64,000 nucleotides of DNA. Origin: Malacoraja senta (taxonomy: Eukaryota). The notes under the pieces are model-generated. The model did no database searches. It was given only the letters and a program-made list of their open reading frames with translations, and had not been told where the DNA came from. Below, piece by piece: positions 1-14,220 of the stretch. The stretch is from assembly GCA_038087875.1 (NCBI GenBank), contig JAXLNO010005853.1, forward strand, positions 62,001 through 126,000. Reading direction: 5' to 3'. Within the stretch, counting starts at the first letter, position 1. Every line of letters begins with the position of its first letter. A program made the position numbers and the translations under genes.

Positions 1-592
1 ATGCCAACGGTCACGGGTACAAAATGGCGCCGGTGTCTTCTCGCCCAGAACCGCCGGAGAGGGTGAGGATTATGGAGAGGAGATGGGTGGTATTATGATG
101 GGAGGAGACAGGTGATATAAAGAGAGGAGATGGGTGGTATTATGATTGGAATAGACAGGTGGTATTATGATGGGAGGGTACGGGTTTGGTGGGTTCGTGA
201 GGGGAGGAGAGCTTCCGTGAGCGAACGGGAGAGGTTAAGTTTATTCCTTGGAGCGCAGGAGGATATGGGATGATCTTATAGAGGTGTACAAAATCATGAG
301 AGGAATAGATCGAGTAGACACACAGAGTCTCTTGCCCAGAGTAGGGGAGTCGAGGACCAGAGGACACACGTTTAAGGTGAAGGTGAAAAGATTTAATAGG
401 AATCTGAGGGGTAACTTTTTCGCACAAAGTATGGACGAGCTGCCATAGGAGGTAGTTGAGGCAGGGACTGTCCTAACGTTTAATAAACATTTAGATAGTC
501 ACATGGATAGGACAGGTTTGAGTCCAAATGCAGGCAGGTGGAACTTGTGTAGCTGGGACATGTTGGCCGTTGTGTGGGCAAGTTGGGCCGGA
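1..592. repeat. Outer left-arm segment mirroring 57957-58554
   Basis: Shares diagnostic bases with the 57957-58554 copy (gtgact, taaatg, aataaacttaacc, ggcgccggtgtcttctcg) rather than with the 49780-50350 copy. Confidence 0.85.
245..540 (+). mobile_element. CR1 3' fragment (homologous copies at about 49800-50120 and 57990-58300, -)
   Basis: Motif DLIEVYKIMRGIDRVD..GESRTRGH. Confidence 0.8.
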
Positions 593-922
593 GCCAACAT
601 GCCATTCGCTTTCTTCACTGCCTGCTGAACCTGCATGCTTACTTTCATAGACTGATGTACAAGAACCCCCAGATCCCGTTGTACTTCCCCTTTTCCTAAC
701 TTGATGCCATTTAGATAGTAATCTGCCTTCCTGTTTTTGCTACCAAAGTGGATAACCTCACATTTATCCGCATTAAACTTCATCTGCCATGCATCTGCCC
801 ACTCCCCCAACCTGTCCATGTCACCCTGCATTCTCATAGCATCCTCCTCACAGTTCACACTGCCACCCAGCTTTGTGTCATCTGCAAATTTGCTAATGTT
901 ACTTTGAATCCCTTCATCCAAA
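593..922 (-). mobile_element. CR1 fragment (left-arm copy of 46374-46701, truncated by deletion)
   Basis: Motif SKFADDTKLGGSVNCEED. Confidence 0.9.
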
Positions 923-1989
923 TGGGAAAAGGTGAAGATACAAAGTTTTATTGAGCAGCATGGGGGTAATTGTGAAATGTTCACAGTTCCTTCAGCACTT
1001 GTTCACACATTTCTACCGTAGATCAGATCCACCCTCGTTCTGGACATACCATCTGATAGATCTATTCCATTCACCCTTGGTGTGTCCGCGGGACAGCTCT
1101 TTGAACACCTCCTCGTATAGTGACCTACGAACAGCCAGCAGACCTCTGTCTCCCATTCCATAACACATCTCATGAATTTCCACGAAAACCACCAACCTGA
1201 CAATTCCCCAAACCCATACTGCCTGTTCCACCAGGGGTGGCGCACGATTGGCAGCCCTGCCAACAGTCTTGTCTGTTTTTTCCGACCTTTTTTAAATTTT
1301 TAGTGTGTTTTATAAGTTGTGTAAATGTTCTCCGGTTTGTTATATGTGGTGGGAGGGGGAGGGGGGAGGGGGAAGTCTCTTACCTCGCCGGAGTTACGAT
1401 GATGTCCGGGTCGTACCCCCGGTTGCACTTCGGCCTAATATCAATGGACCTGGAGGCCTCCTCGGATAGACTTTGGAGCCCCTCCGCAGGATGTGGACTT
1501 AACATCGAAGCTGAACCCTTGCCTGGGATTGTTCCAATCGCATCCTGCGGACTTTACCATCGAGCTCGCAGTCGCGCGAGAGGCAGTGTCGGGAGCTCCA
1601 ACGATGCAGAGGTTCGACAAGCCCCAACCCGGGGATCCAATCGCTGCCGCGGGGGTGATGACATCCACCCGATGCATGAGCTGATGATGCGGAGGCCACA
1701 AATGCCGCCGGCTACTGTAGTCAAGATCGTCCCGGCAAAGAAGGGCTCGAGGCCCCGAACCGCAGGAGAGCAAATATGGGAAGAGATTGAACTTTCTTTT
1801 GCCTTCCATCACAGTGAGGAATGTGGAGGAGGAACTGTGGTGGATATTTATGTTAAAATGTATTTTGTGTGTCCATTGCTTTTTATTTGTATGACTGACT
1901 TGACAAATGAAATTCTTCGTATGTTGCAAAACATACTTGGCTAATAAAGTATTATTGTGATTGATTGCAATTGATCTCCTGGAGTGGAA

Positions 1990-2470
1990 AGCCTCTTCTT
2001 GAGATGATTTCAAGATGGGTGATTTCCACTCTAGGAGATCTGGGATGTCCTCCTTTTAGAGGAAACGCAGTTGCCCCCCAAATTCCACAACACCCTACAG
2101 TTGTGGATGATGCCCTCACCTGTGTCTCCTCCATTCGTACAGCTCCCCCCCCCCCTCCCTTCCTCCAGGCAGAACAGGTTTAGAGTTCCCCTGGACCTTA
2201 TCTTTTACCCCACCAGCCTCCACATCCACGAGAACATTTTATGATATTTCCACCAACTTCAACGCGATGCCCACCCCAGGTATTATCTTCATGTCGCTTC
2301 CCATTTCTGCCTTGACAAGAGACCACTTTGCCCCTGCACCCAGGTGCACTTATCCCTCCCACTCACGTCTCCCTTGCCACTGCCACTTTCCCCTGTCACT
2401 GCAAAATGCACTGGACGCAAAGGCCTCAAATTTCACATCTACTGCAACGTTTCCTGAAGGTTTGCAAGTG
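1990..2470 (+). mobile_element. Penelope-like fragment (copies at about 44920-45310 and 51260-51720, -)
   Basis: VVDDALTCVSSIR..RVPLDLIFYPTSLHI resembles the Penelope RT C-terminal region. Confidence 0.65.
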
Positions 2471-5202
2471 TCAAATGCAACAAATGGTGTTTGAGAGAAA
2501 TAAACAAACTACACACCAGTTAGCCTCACACAATTAGCATTTATTTTGCTAGAATCTATACGTGATAACTGCACACTTTGAAAGTTTCAAGGGATTAGAT
2601 AAAATCAATTTGTATTTTAATGAATATAGGAACAGTACAGCACAGGAACAGGCCCTTCCGCCCATCATGACCCTACCAATTTTGATGGCTGGTAAACTAA
2701 CCTCTTCTGCCTACATGTGATCCACATGCCCCCCTTCCCTGTATACCCATGTGTCTATCTAATTGCCTCTACAATGCCCTATCGTATCTGATTCCACTAA
2801 ACCTGGCAGGGCATTCCAGGCCCCATCACTCCATGTAGAAAAAAACCTGCCCCTCATATTAAAACTATACCCTCTAGTCTTTGTCATTTCTACCTGGGGA
2901 AAAGGTTTTGACTGTCTACCTAATCTCTGCTTCTCATAGTTTTTTATACTTCTATCAGATTTTCCCTCAATATCCGACTCTCCAGAGAAAACAATCCAAG
3001 TATGTTCAACCTCTCCTCAGAGCTCATACTTTCTAATCCTGGTAAACCTTTTCTGCACCCTCTCAAAAGAGCTTCCACATGCTTCCTGTACTGGGGCTAT
3101 CAGAACTGCACACATTTTTATTTATTCATGGTTTGACAAACCTGCTCGGAGTTTTTTTCCAAGTATGTAATTGGTAGGAAAATATGAGTAGGTGCAGTGT
3201 AGTTGCATGTTCAGAAGATCTTTAATCAAATACCACATTGAGGTAGGTATGCAAAATTCAAGCACTGATATTGGAGGAATGAAATCTAATAGGAACCAGT
3301 GGGCCGTAGAATGAGGGTGATGGTGTTAAGATATGTGGAAGACAGTTAGGAAAAGGTTTGCATTCACACACCAATCAAATAATAACTTGCCGTTTCATTT
3401 CCCCCTAAAATTGGGTACGTGTACATGAAACACAAGAGACTTGCGTGCAGGTATTGTAAGCAGTTGTAAAGACAAATGGAATGCTGTTTTTTATTGCACA
3501 AGATGAGTGTATGAAAGAAAGGATGTTTTAATGCAACATTACAGGGTACAGTTCCCCCCATCATACTAATTCAGCTAATTTTTTACCCACTCACTTAAAC
3601 CATCTATATGTCTGTGCCGGCCCATTGTGTCCTCATCACTTACTAACCCACCTATCTTTGCATCGTCAGACAGCATCTCTGCAGTACTTTTGGTGCTTTC
3701 ATCCTTTGTTTGCTTCGGATACTCTGTTCCTTTTATATACTTGCAGAAGCTCCTTTTATCCGTTTTATATTTAACAATTTTCTCCATCAATCCTGTCCTC
3801 ATAATTTTTTATGATGTTTACTTCTGTCTTACAATCTCCCAATCCTCTTATAAATAATCTTCTCAATATTACTGTTGGCATTTTCTTTCATTTTGAAACT
3901 ACTTTAGCCAACTGCATCACTCCATTGTAAATGCCTTAATTAAAGTTTAGCAAACCGGCTTCAGACACAAGTGAACTGGGTACCAGATTCTTCAATGTAG
4001 TCATCCCTCTTTACCAGGAGATCTCATCTCATGTTACAAGACGTGCCCAATCCTTGAACCCAACCACCAGTCCAATTTGGGTAAAGCCCATATTCCGGCT
4101 GTTCCGGTAATGGAAATTCTCCCGTGCAGAATTCACAAATCACCAGTGAAAAATTTGAGATGCAGAATAAAATATGCACTCTTGGAATTAGTGCGAAAAA
4201 TATATTATGTGGTTTCAGCTCACACGTAACGCTCCATAATGCAGGGGACACCTGTGATCCACAAGGAAAAGGGAATGTCTCTCCTGAGTGCAAAGGATAC
4301 TCAATGGGTCAGGCGGCATCTGTGCAGAGAGAAAGAGTTCATGCTACTGATTGAATATCTGAGACAATAAAAAAGATTGTTGGTGCAGAAAGAGTGAGAT
4401 AGAGAGAGAGGGACAGCGACAAAGGAATGTCTTATGGGGAGAGGCCTGGTTTCCATAGTAATAAATGATTGACAAAGCTATCTGGGCATTTAGAAAGAGA
4501 CCATGTAGAAACTGCAAATGCAAGCCAGAGCTACAGGAGATGGCCACTGATCAGGCCGTGCCCGTAGAGGGAGGAAAATGTTCATAATGCAGATGGATTA
4601 TCTACAACACAGCTGACCAGCTTTGACACAGACAGAGAAAGTGAGCACACCGATATTGTTGATTGCAGAGTCTAGCCTGGAAAGCTACACCATGCACTGT
4701 TCCGAGTAGTAAATGGTTGAATGGCATGGAAGAGCAGATGATGGAGTCGCAAAGGGAATGGTCCCCTCAGGATGCTGAAAGTGTAGGCAGGTGGAAGATG
4801 TGTCTGTTGGTGTACCCGCACCGATGGTAACAGAAGCTATAAAGGTTGATCCACTGAATGCAGAGACTAGTGGGTGGGAAATGAGGATCAGGGAAATACT
4901 ATTCTTGCTCTGCCTTGGGGAAAGAATTAGCAAAGAAGTTCATGAAAACGATTCAAAGCTGCCAAGGGTCTGTCAGTTAATGTAGAGATTAAACCATGGT
5001 TTAAGATGAAGGAAGACAGCTAAGAGGAATGTGAAATTTGAGTTCTATGTGGATGCAGGAATCTGCAGCAATGCAGTTGCAAATGTATCAGATACACCAC
5101 TGAGGGAGGGGCCGCTGAGTGGGACTGATGTGAGGACAGCTCCATGTACCCCACAGACACATGGTCATAGCTGCGGGAATGTAGCATTGTTTCTCTCCGA
5201 AG

Positions 5203-5669
5203 TTACACTGCCTGATCCACATCACCAGAACCTGCCACTGTCACTGGAGATGCAGCATCCCTCCTGTTGACACCGGCAATGGAGCTGAGATGGTGACGTT
5301 CACCTCTCTTCAACCAGCAGAAAGTGAGGCCAATTATAAGAAAATAGACCGCATAAATGGCAGCCCGAATGGCCAACGCTCTTAGTCCATCCTCGAATAG
5401 GCGGATCACACGCGTGTCTATCTGGTGTTCATTCACAGCCACACACGTGTATTTCCCTGGCAGCCTGGGGTGAAGCAGCTTTCCCACAGTCAGTAGTTCC
5501 TCTGGATGATGCGTGACTGTCGTCTCACTACTGTTCCCGGGCAGTGTGATGTTCCCTGGGCCGATCCACGTGATGTTTGCAGGGGGCTTCCCTTCAGCCC
5601 TGCACACAAGGGTGTGTTCTCCAGTTACATTGTCGTTCACAACAGACAGCTCCAGGATGGTGGCTGGGA
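5203..5669 (-). CDS. C2/TM/tail exon' (left arm)
   Basis: Mirror of 41705-42171; open to the same TAA. Confidence 0.85.
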
Positions 5670-6325
5670 CTTGGAGAAGGAAAAATATCAATTAAATTCA
5701 TTGAATTAATCACTGTTGATGGTGTGTGCGGATAGAGTCCATCTGAATGGGGATTGGAAGAACACACCTAGGAGACTGCAGTGAAATATTTGCAGATATG
5801 ATAGTGTCTTTGAGAAGCACATGGATCTACTGGGAATGGAGGGATATGGATCATGTGTCGGCAGATGATATTAGTTTAACTTACAGTACCATTATATTCT
5901 GCACAGATATTGAGGGCCAAAGGGCCTGTTCCTGTGCTGTACTGTTCTATGTAATAATCAGTGAGAGAACATACAGGTTCCTGGAGTCAATGTGAATGAA
6001 AGAGACGGATGCAAATACCCCAGGGCAGTCTGTGGATCTTTGCAACACAGACCATGCCACAGACACAGGGACTGGAGGTTCAGCAGGTGAATGTGGTTCT
6101 GAATCTCTGATCCTGCTGCAGGGAGCTCCGTGCATCCTGGCAGGAATCAGCACTGTTTTCCAACCACTAGGGGCAGTGCTGAGCAAGGGAAGCCCAGGGC
6201 AAGGAATGGAACCTACAATGGATTGGGTCGATCTCGGCTCCAGCTGTCAGTGGATCTCATGTCCTCTTACAGTTGTTAATGTGATTTTATCGTTCACAGC
6301 ACAACACAGACAGATCTTTCCTTAC

Positions 6326-6688
6326 CCACAACCTCCAGTTTCATCTCATCCTGAGTCACCGTCTCCTGTGTGGAATTCCTGACCCAAACGTAACAGAAAT
6401 AGTCACTGCTGTCGTTCAGTCTGAGCTCCTTCACTCTGATAGAGGCGTCTCCCTGGTCTAGTTTTCCCACCAGCTCATATCGACCTCCTCCCTTTACAGT
6501 GGCAGTGTAGGGAGGGTTCACAGAGTGGGGGTGAGTGTGATTAAAGACTGTGGACTCTTCCCGTGGATTCCCCTTCATCCAGCGGACAGTGATGGGGCTG
6601 GGATTCTTGTTCAAGTTGCTGAAGAAGCAGGGCAGTGTGGCTGAATCTCTTCTCTTCCCAATCACCATGGATGTGTTCTTCTTTCCAT
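6326..6688 (-). CDS. V-set exon 4' (left arm)
   Basis: Mirror of 40686-41048; open frame with intact splice sites. Confidence 0.85.
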
Positions 6689-6921
6689 CTTGTATAGAGA
6701 AAAGTTCTATTTAACAATTTATTCCACATGGTTTATAAAAATACATCACCCATGCCTGTGGCTTTGATTCTCCATCCCACTCCCACTCTGATCTGTCTGT
6801 CTCAGACCTCCTGCACTGTTCTAATGAGGCCCAATCTCAAGTAACAGCACCTCATCTTCTGTCTGGGCAGCATGAAGCCTTTGTGCTAACATTTAAAGCA
6901 ACAATTTTAATAACTTGCTTA

Positions 6922-7324
6922 AGAGCCAGTCCAACATACGCGATTTTGTAGGTGACTACAGGTGACTGGGTAGTCACCACACGGTCGCCGGGTGTCACCT
7001 GTATGGTTGTGAGTCGTCTCCTTAAGTCGCCCAAAGAGCCGTAGCATTTTTCTGGTCACCGCTGCATTTTGAAATGGTGAAAACCTTTCGGCGACACTCG
7101 GCGACCTTGGGCTTGTCGTAGCTTGTCTTCTCCTGACGTTGATGCTGTCGTAGGTTGTCACCAGGATAACGTATGTTGTCGCCAGGATAACGTAGGTTGT
7201 CGCCGGTGCTGACCTCAATTCAATTGGCGACTACCTACGTCAACCTACGTCAACCGGCGACAGGTACCGGCGTCAAGAGAAGTCTTCAGTTGTCTTCAGT
7301 TGTCACCAAAGTGGGACAGGCCCT
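6922..7324. mobile_element. PIF/Harbinger-like MITE
   Basis: TIRs agagccagtcc and agggcctgtcc (reverse complement), TTA TSD on both sides, internal ggcgac repeats. Confidence 0.7.
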
Positions 7325-7379
7325 TTACTGTTTGTATAAGAACTGGCCAGAACTGCCTCAGAAGTCAATAGTACCTGAC

Positions 7380-7595
7380 CCATACCACCATAACCATAGG
7401 CTGATGACAATATCACTGGAGATGCCACAAGACTCCCGTCAACACCAACATTGGAGATGAGACAGTGACGTTCACCTCTGTTCAAACATGAGAAAGTGAA
7501 GCCAATTGCAAGAGTACAGTCCACATAAGTGGCAGCTCAAATATCAAACCCACTCATGGGCTGTAGTGTGCTTATTGAAAATGCAAGAGTATCAT
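7380..7595 (-). pseudogene. Decayed TM exon (left-arm mirror)
   Basis: Reverse complement of 39775-39990; lies in ORF 7303..7524. Confidence 0.7.
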
Positions 7596-7877
7596 GAGGA
7601 GGGCAGATAAACGTAGAACTGCCGAAAGATTCTGCAATTTTTAATCTAAATACAGATATAGGCAGAGAAATGGCAGATGGAGTTTGATCTGAACATGTGT
7701 GAAGTGTTGACTTTGGGAGGTTGAATGCAAGTGGAAAGTAGACAAGGGCAAGACCCTTAAAACCACTGATGTACAGAAAAATATTGGGATCCAATTCCAT
7801 AACTCCCTGAAAATGGCAACATGTTAAAAACGTGTACAGTATTCTTGTTTAATTGGTCAAGGTACTGAATACAAGAT

Positions 7878-8087
7878 GTGTAGGAAGGAACTGCAGATGC
7901 TGGTTAAAACCGAAGATGGACACAAAAAGCTGGAGTAACTCAGTGGGACAGGCAGCATCTCTGGAGAGAAGGATGGGTCACGTTTTGGGTTGGGAAGAAG
8001 ATACTCAACCCAAAACGTCATCCATTCCTTCTCTCCAGAGATGCTACCTGTCCCGGTGAGTTACTCCAGCTTTTAGTGTCGATCTAC
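7878..8087. repeat. Penelope-derived inverted-repeat hairpin (mirror at about 39285-39492)
   Basis: About 75-bp arms (gctggagtaactca..cgttttgggttg and caacccaaaacg..tgagttactccagc) around a short loop. Confidence 0.75.
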
Positions 8088-8089
8088 TG

Positions 8090-8640
8090 AATACAAGAGT
8101 CAGGAAGTCATGTTGTAGCTCTATACAACTTTAGTTACGACACTGGGATTATTGCATTCAGTTTTATGTGCAGTTCTCACCCATTACAGGAAGGATGTGG
8201 AGACTTTGGAAAGGGTTCAGAAGAGGTTTACCAGAATGCTGCCTGGATTAGAGGGTATTAGTTATATGAAAAGGTCGGACATACTTGAACTGCTTTCTCT
8301 GGACTGTTGAAAGTTTATAAAAATATGAAAGACATGGATAGGAGAGAGAGTCAGAACCTTTTGCCTGTGGCAGAAATGTCAATGAATAGACGGTATTGTG
8401 ATAAGGACAGAAGGGAAAAGATGAAAGGAGATATGTGGGGAAAGTTATTGTTTACACAGAGGGTGGTGGGTGCCAGGAAAATACTGCTAGGGGTGGAGGT
8501 GGAGGCAGCTACGATAGTGGAGTTTTAGAGGCTTTTTGAAATGCAGGTAATGGAAGAAATGTATCACCTGCAGGTAGACGAGATCAACGTAGCATCATGT
8601 TCGGTACAGACATTGCGGGCCAAAGGGCCTGTTCCTGTGC
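8090..8640 (+). mobile_element. Older CR1 3' fragment (mirror at about 38730-39280)
   Basis: Degenerate LERVQRRFTRMLPGL and KVYKNMK motifs. Confidence 0.7.
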
Positions 8641-8726
8641 TGGTCTACGCTGTCACTGGGAGCTCATTCCTCTTAAGGTTGTTCAATATGATATTATCGT
8701 TTTCAGCATAACATACGTTTCCTTAC

Positions 8727-9089
8727 CCACAACCAGCAGTTTCATCTCATCCTGAGTCACAGTCGTCAACGTTGAAGTCCTGACATAAACATGACAGGAG
8801 TAATCACTGGCGTCACCCAGTTTGAGTCCCTTCACTCTGATGGAGGCATCTCCCTGCTCAAGGTTTCCCACCAGCTCATATCGATCTTCTTCATTTACAT
8901 TTTCAGGAATGCGATGTCCTGCTGGGCGGGGAGAAGTGTGACGAAAGACAACAGACCATTTAGGTGGATTCCCCTTCATCCAGCTGATGGTGATGGGGCT
9001 GGGATTCCTGTTTGAGGGACTGAAGGAGCAGGGCAGTGTGGCAGTCGCACCCTTCCTTCCAATCACTATGGATGCTCTGTCATTATCAC
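8727..9089 (-). CDS. V-set exon 3' (left arm)
   Basis: Mirror of 38281-38643; open frame with intact splice sites. Confidence 0.85.
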
Positions 9090-9450
9090 CTTGCATAGAG
9101 AAGAGTTTTAAAGTGTGAATATGATTTAGTATTTGAATACAATAAGCACACGGTCTTTATCAATAGTTCATCCATACTTGTGACTTGGATTGTCCATCCC
9201 ATTCTCACTCTGATCCATCTGTTCCTGACCTCCTGCACTATTCTAATAAGGGCCAATCTCAAGTAAAGACATCTCAGCTTCAGTCTGGGCAAGATGGAGC
9301 CTTGACCTTGAAGACCAGGAACCAGAGAGGAGGATGGAGGGTGACTAAAGGAGCGGTTAACTGAATTAGGAGGGGTGGGGGGGTGGGGGTCTTAGGGTCT
9401 GCACCCGAAGCTCATCTGAGGGAGGCACGGTTCATAGGATCTTACGCGAT

Positions 9451-10460
9451 AGGAATAGAATTAGACCATTCGGCCCATCAAGTCTACTCCGCCATTCAAT
9501 CGTGGCTGATCTATTGTTCCTAACTCAATTCTCCTGCCTTCTCATAACCTCTGACACCTGCACTAATCAGGAATCTATTTATCTCTGCCTTAAATATATT
9601 CACTGACTTTGCCTCCACAGCCTTCTGTGGCAAAGAATCACATAGATTCAACCCACTCCGACGAAAGAAATTCCACCTCATCTCCTTCCTAAAAGAACGT
9701 CCTTTAATGCTGAGGCTAAAACTTCTCATCTTAGACTCTCCCACTAGTGGAAACATCCTCCCCACATCCAAGCCTTTCACTATTCTGTCTGTTTCAATGA
9801 GGTCCCCCCTCATTCTTCTAAACTCCAGTGAACATAGGCCCAGTGCTGTCAAATATTCATCTGATGTTAACCTACTCATTCCTGAGATCATTCTTGTGAA
9901 CCTCCTCTGGACCCTCTCCAGAGCCAGCACATCCTTCCTCAGATATGGTGCCTAAAATTGCTCACAATATTCCAAATGTGACCTGACCAGCGCCTGAAAG
10001 AGTCTCAGCATTACATCCCTACTTTAGTATATAAGCCCTCTTGAAATAAATGCTAGCATTGCGTTTGCTTTCTTTACAACTGATTCGACTTGCAGATTAA
10101 CTTTTTGGGAATCCTGCACCAGCATTCCCAAGTCGCCTTGCACCTCCGATTTCTGGAGTCTCTCTCCATTTAGAAAATAATCAACGCCTTTAATCCTATT
10201 ACCAAAACACATGACTCCACACTTTTCAACACTTTTCCATCTGCCACTTCTCTGCCCACTCTCCAAACCTATCCAAGTTCTTCTGCAGAGTCCCTGCTTT
10301 CTTTGCACTACCTGCCCCTCCACCTATTTTCTTATTATCCGCAAACTTAGCCACAAAGCCTTCAATCCCCTCATCCAAATCAATAATATACAGCGTGAAG
10401 AGCAGCAGCCCCAGCACCGAGCCCTGCGGAACTCTGCTAGTAACTGGCAGCCAACCAGAA
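9451..10460 (-). mobile_element. CR1 LINE fragment (mirror at about 36915-37925, +)
   Basis: Motifs VPQGSVLG, KFADN and LEFRRMRGDLIE. Confidence 0.9.
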
Positions 10461-11749
10461 AAGGCCTGGGTAACCGAATTAGGAGTGGTGGGGAGTTTTA
10501 ACTTCCGCGCCTTAATCAAATCTGCGGGAGGAACCCCCCCCACCGCACACCTCCCATGGGGAAGAAGGGCTGAAGATGGCTGTACAAGGTGAGGGTCAAC
10601 ATTCCAGGACAACTGGAATGGAGGCGGCGGATGCAATGGGCCTCTGTGGCCACTGCATCAAGGACTGTAAAATGGTGCAAAATGGCAACTGGTGCCCAGA
10701 CTCAGTGGGTTCTTCTGTACATTATGTACTAACCGGGGGGATTGTGCTTATTGATGTAAGGTGATATTCTTACTGATCTGTATGCAAAAATGTATTTCAC
10801 TGTAATTGGTACATGTGATAATAAAGAAACCATTGAACTGAAAATAGACACAAAATGCTGGAGTAATTCAGCGGGCAGGCAGCATCTCTGGATAGAATGA
10901 ATGGGTGACGTTTCGGGTCGTGACTCTTCTTCAGGAGAACTGAGTCAGTATCACAGATGCTGTAGAACTCGCCAGTTCTGATAGAAACAGCGGGCAAGTC
11001 ACCTGAAATTGTTCTATTCAAGGTTGACCCATTGAACCATTGAGTCAACATTGAATACAACAATTTCTGGTAACTTTCCCGTTGTTTTTTATCAGAAGTT
11101 CTACAGCAGGTTATCCATCTGTGATACTGACACAGTTCTCCTCTCTCCACTGACACTGCCTGATCTGCTGGGTGTTTCTTGCAGCTCTGACGTGCATTTT
11201 ACAGCTCTGGTTTATATCTTTGTTTGTGTTCTCTGTCTCCAGTTTCCTTCCTTAATTTATCAACCAGATAATTTCATCAACAGCAAACCTAGACTCACCC
11301 TTTCAGAGATATTTCCTATTTCCGATTCACCCCTCTATACAACCTCTGCAACTTCAGCTAATTTATTTTAAGTTGCAATAATCGTCGAGAAAATAACTGA
11401 TTAGTATTCCATTTTGCTTATCTTCAGTAGAACTGGTTAGTTCTGATAAAAGAGAGAAAATGTATCATCCAAAATTCTTGAATTCAATGGAGTCTGCAAT
11501 GATGCAGTGAGCCCTGTTCTTCAAATTGTATTAGACCGGTTATAAGGAAGTCACAAAAAATAGTCAGAGGGGGAATTGCATGGATGATTAAAATTACAAG
11601 CAACAGGAAGCTCAGGATTAACCATGTAGATTGAATAAAAGGTTTTCCCTCGTTCCCCCACCCATCAACTGCATTTATTCCTTGGGAAAGCAGCCAACAT
11701 AATCAAGGATCACTCACACCCGAGTTACTCTCTCTTCTCCCCTCCCCCA

Positions 11750-11987
11750 TTACCAGAACCAGAGGCTGACAACAATGTCACTGGAGGTCCCATGATTCTC
11801 CCATGAACACCAGCAATGGAGATTAGACATGATGTTCACCTATGTTGAACCACTAGAAAGTGAAGTCAATCACAAGAAAGTAGACTCAATAAACGGCAGC
11901 TGAAATGATCAACCTGTCCATTCCCTCCCGCACACACAGGTATCTCCAGATACATTATCACCATCGCTCCAAGATGGTGGCTGAAGC
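11750..11987 (-). pseudogene. Decayed C2/TM exon (left-arm mirror)
   Basis: Reverse complement of 35443-35680. Confidence 0.75.
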
Positions 11988-12187
11988 CTAGAGAGGGATA
12001 AAAGTCAATTACATTCACTGTTATTCATTGGTGCAGGGGGAGAACCAGGAAGGGGTGAAGATTTGAAAGAGACCCAGCAGGAGAATGGAGTGCAATATTC
12101 AGAGAGGAAACAGAACGAAGCTCATTCTTCTCACCGTTGTTCAATGTGATTTTATCATTTACTCCTCAACACTGAATGTTTCCTTAC

Positions 12188-12556
12188 CCAAAACCTGTAG
12201 TCCCGTCTCATCCTGAGTCACCTGAATATTTTTCTTCTGAGGGGATTTCCAGATCCAAACATGACAGAAATAGTTGTTGGTGTCATTCAACGTGAGTCCC
12301 CTCACTCTGATGGAGGCGACTCCCTTGTCCAGGTTTCCCACCAGCTCATATCGACCTCCTCTATTTACATTGTCAGTCCCGTGACCGCTTGTGGGGTCGG
12401 AGCGGGTATGATTAAAGACAACGGACTCTTCCCATGGAGTCCCCTTCATCCAGAGGATAGTGAACACCCTGCTCTTTGTGCTCGAGGGGCTGAAGGTGCA
12501 TCTCAGTGTGGCACCACCTCCTCTCTTCCCGATCACCATGGATGCGCTGACATCAC
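12188..12556 (-). CDS. V-set exon 2' (left arm)
   Basis: Mirror of 34880-35242; 369 nt owing to an in-frame 6-nt difference (PQKKNI vs PQNI); GDASI is changed to GVASI. Confidence 0.8.
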
Positions 12557-13889
12557 CTCGTATAGAGAATGATTTAAAATATGGACATCATTCATTGGTC
12601 GAATGCATTAACCACATTTTCTTCATCAATACTTCACCTGTGTCTGTGACCATGTAGATAGACACAAAATGCTGGAGTAACTCAGCGGATCAGGCAGCAT
12701 CTCTGGAGAAAAGGAGTAGGTGATGTTTCAGAATGGAACCCTTCTTCAGACCTGAAGAAGAATCTATTCCATTTCTCCATAGATGCTGCCTGGCACGTTG
12801 TGTTACTCCAGCATGTTGTGTCTATCTTCGGTATAAATCAGCATCTGCAGTTCCTTCCTACACATCTGTGACCATGTTTCTCCATCCCACTCCCACTCTG
12901 ACCCATCTGTCCCTGACCCTCCTGCGCTGCTCTAGAGCGGTGAAATGTAACTGTAAATGTAACTTCATCTTCTTTATAAATAATATGCAGAATTCTCAAA
13001 TCAACTTGAATAATTGCAGGTGACCTGCTTGTATTTTTATATAACCTACAATGTTGCTAAATCATGCCTAAAACCTTGGAACATTGTGGTGTCAGTCCTG
13101 CCCCTCGCTCACCAAAACTCTAATGGCCACAACATCATAGTTCCATGCATTAATCCAAACTCTATATTCATCTGCCTTACACATAATACGCATAGCATTG
13201 AAATAAACACACTTCAGCCCATCAGTTCCATTGTGTTCATTAACCTGACCCTGCCAGCCCTTCTGATCAGTCTTAAGCTGAAGTCTACATCCCATTCAAT
13301 TCCTCCACCTGCTCCAGTTCCCAACCTTCTGCCAAACTAGATTAAACCCTCCTAAGTGGCAGCAACACACCTTCCTACATGGATATTGTCGCCCCTCCAG
13401 TTAACTCTGCATTCAGACCTGATTCATTTTACAGCAATTTATGTTTTAATTCTTGATGAAGGGGAAGTTCTGTTGTCAATGTAAGTGGAGTTTAGGGTTA
13501 GGGTGAACAATATATCTAGCAGGATTGATAAGGAAGGATCCAGTGGATGTAGTATACCTCTACTACATTTTCTACTGCATGTTGTACTACATGTTCATTT
13601 TCCATCGAATGTAACAAGATTGCAGATGGAATATGAAAAGGTGGAGAAGGTGTGTGTGATAAATATTGACAGACACACACCGAGTGATAATACCTACACA
13701 GAAATGAGAGATAAGATAGTTAAACAGAACAATGCTCAAGGGTTCCATGGAACATGTGGAGAACGTACGAGACACAGTTAAATAAAACAAATGTGACACA
13801 TTGAGGCAATGGTTAGTGAAGTGCGAGACGCTGGGCTCAATGATGAAAGCATGAAGTACAAGATTACGATAGCTACATTGCCATAAAAC

Positions 13890-14220
13890 AGAACAAATCA
13901 GGAGAGAAACAGATGATTGTCAGGTTGATGGGAAAAGTTACAATAAAAAAATGTATTTTATGTTGCAGAGAAGTGGGAAGGTGGAGGAATCTGTGATAGG
14001 TTGGGGACAGGATTGTCCTGGTGATCGGCTGTTGTGGTCACTTGATTGGTAAGTGAATATGAGTAAATATAGGGGTGAAGGCTGTGTTGAACCTGTTCAA
14101 CTACAAGAGATTTGTTTCCATTTCCAGTCATCACTCTCCAGGATGTCAAGGATGATAGAGGATGCATAAAAGTTCCTTCAGAGTCACCTCCAGGGTTAGA
14201 CTGGAAAAGCTGGTTCAGTC
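13890..14220 (+). mobile_element. Possible highly degraded L1 ORF1 relic (mirror at about 33220-33550, -)
   Basis: Broken frames give GEKQMIVRL..K.IL..R..VKAVL..EDA.KFL, loosely like an L1 ORF1 RRM-CTD; many stops. Confidence 0.3.
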
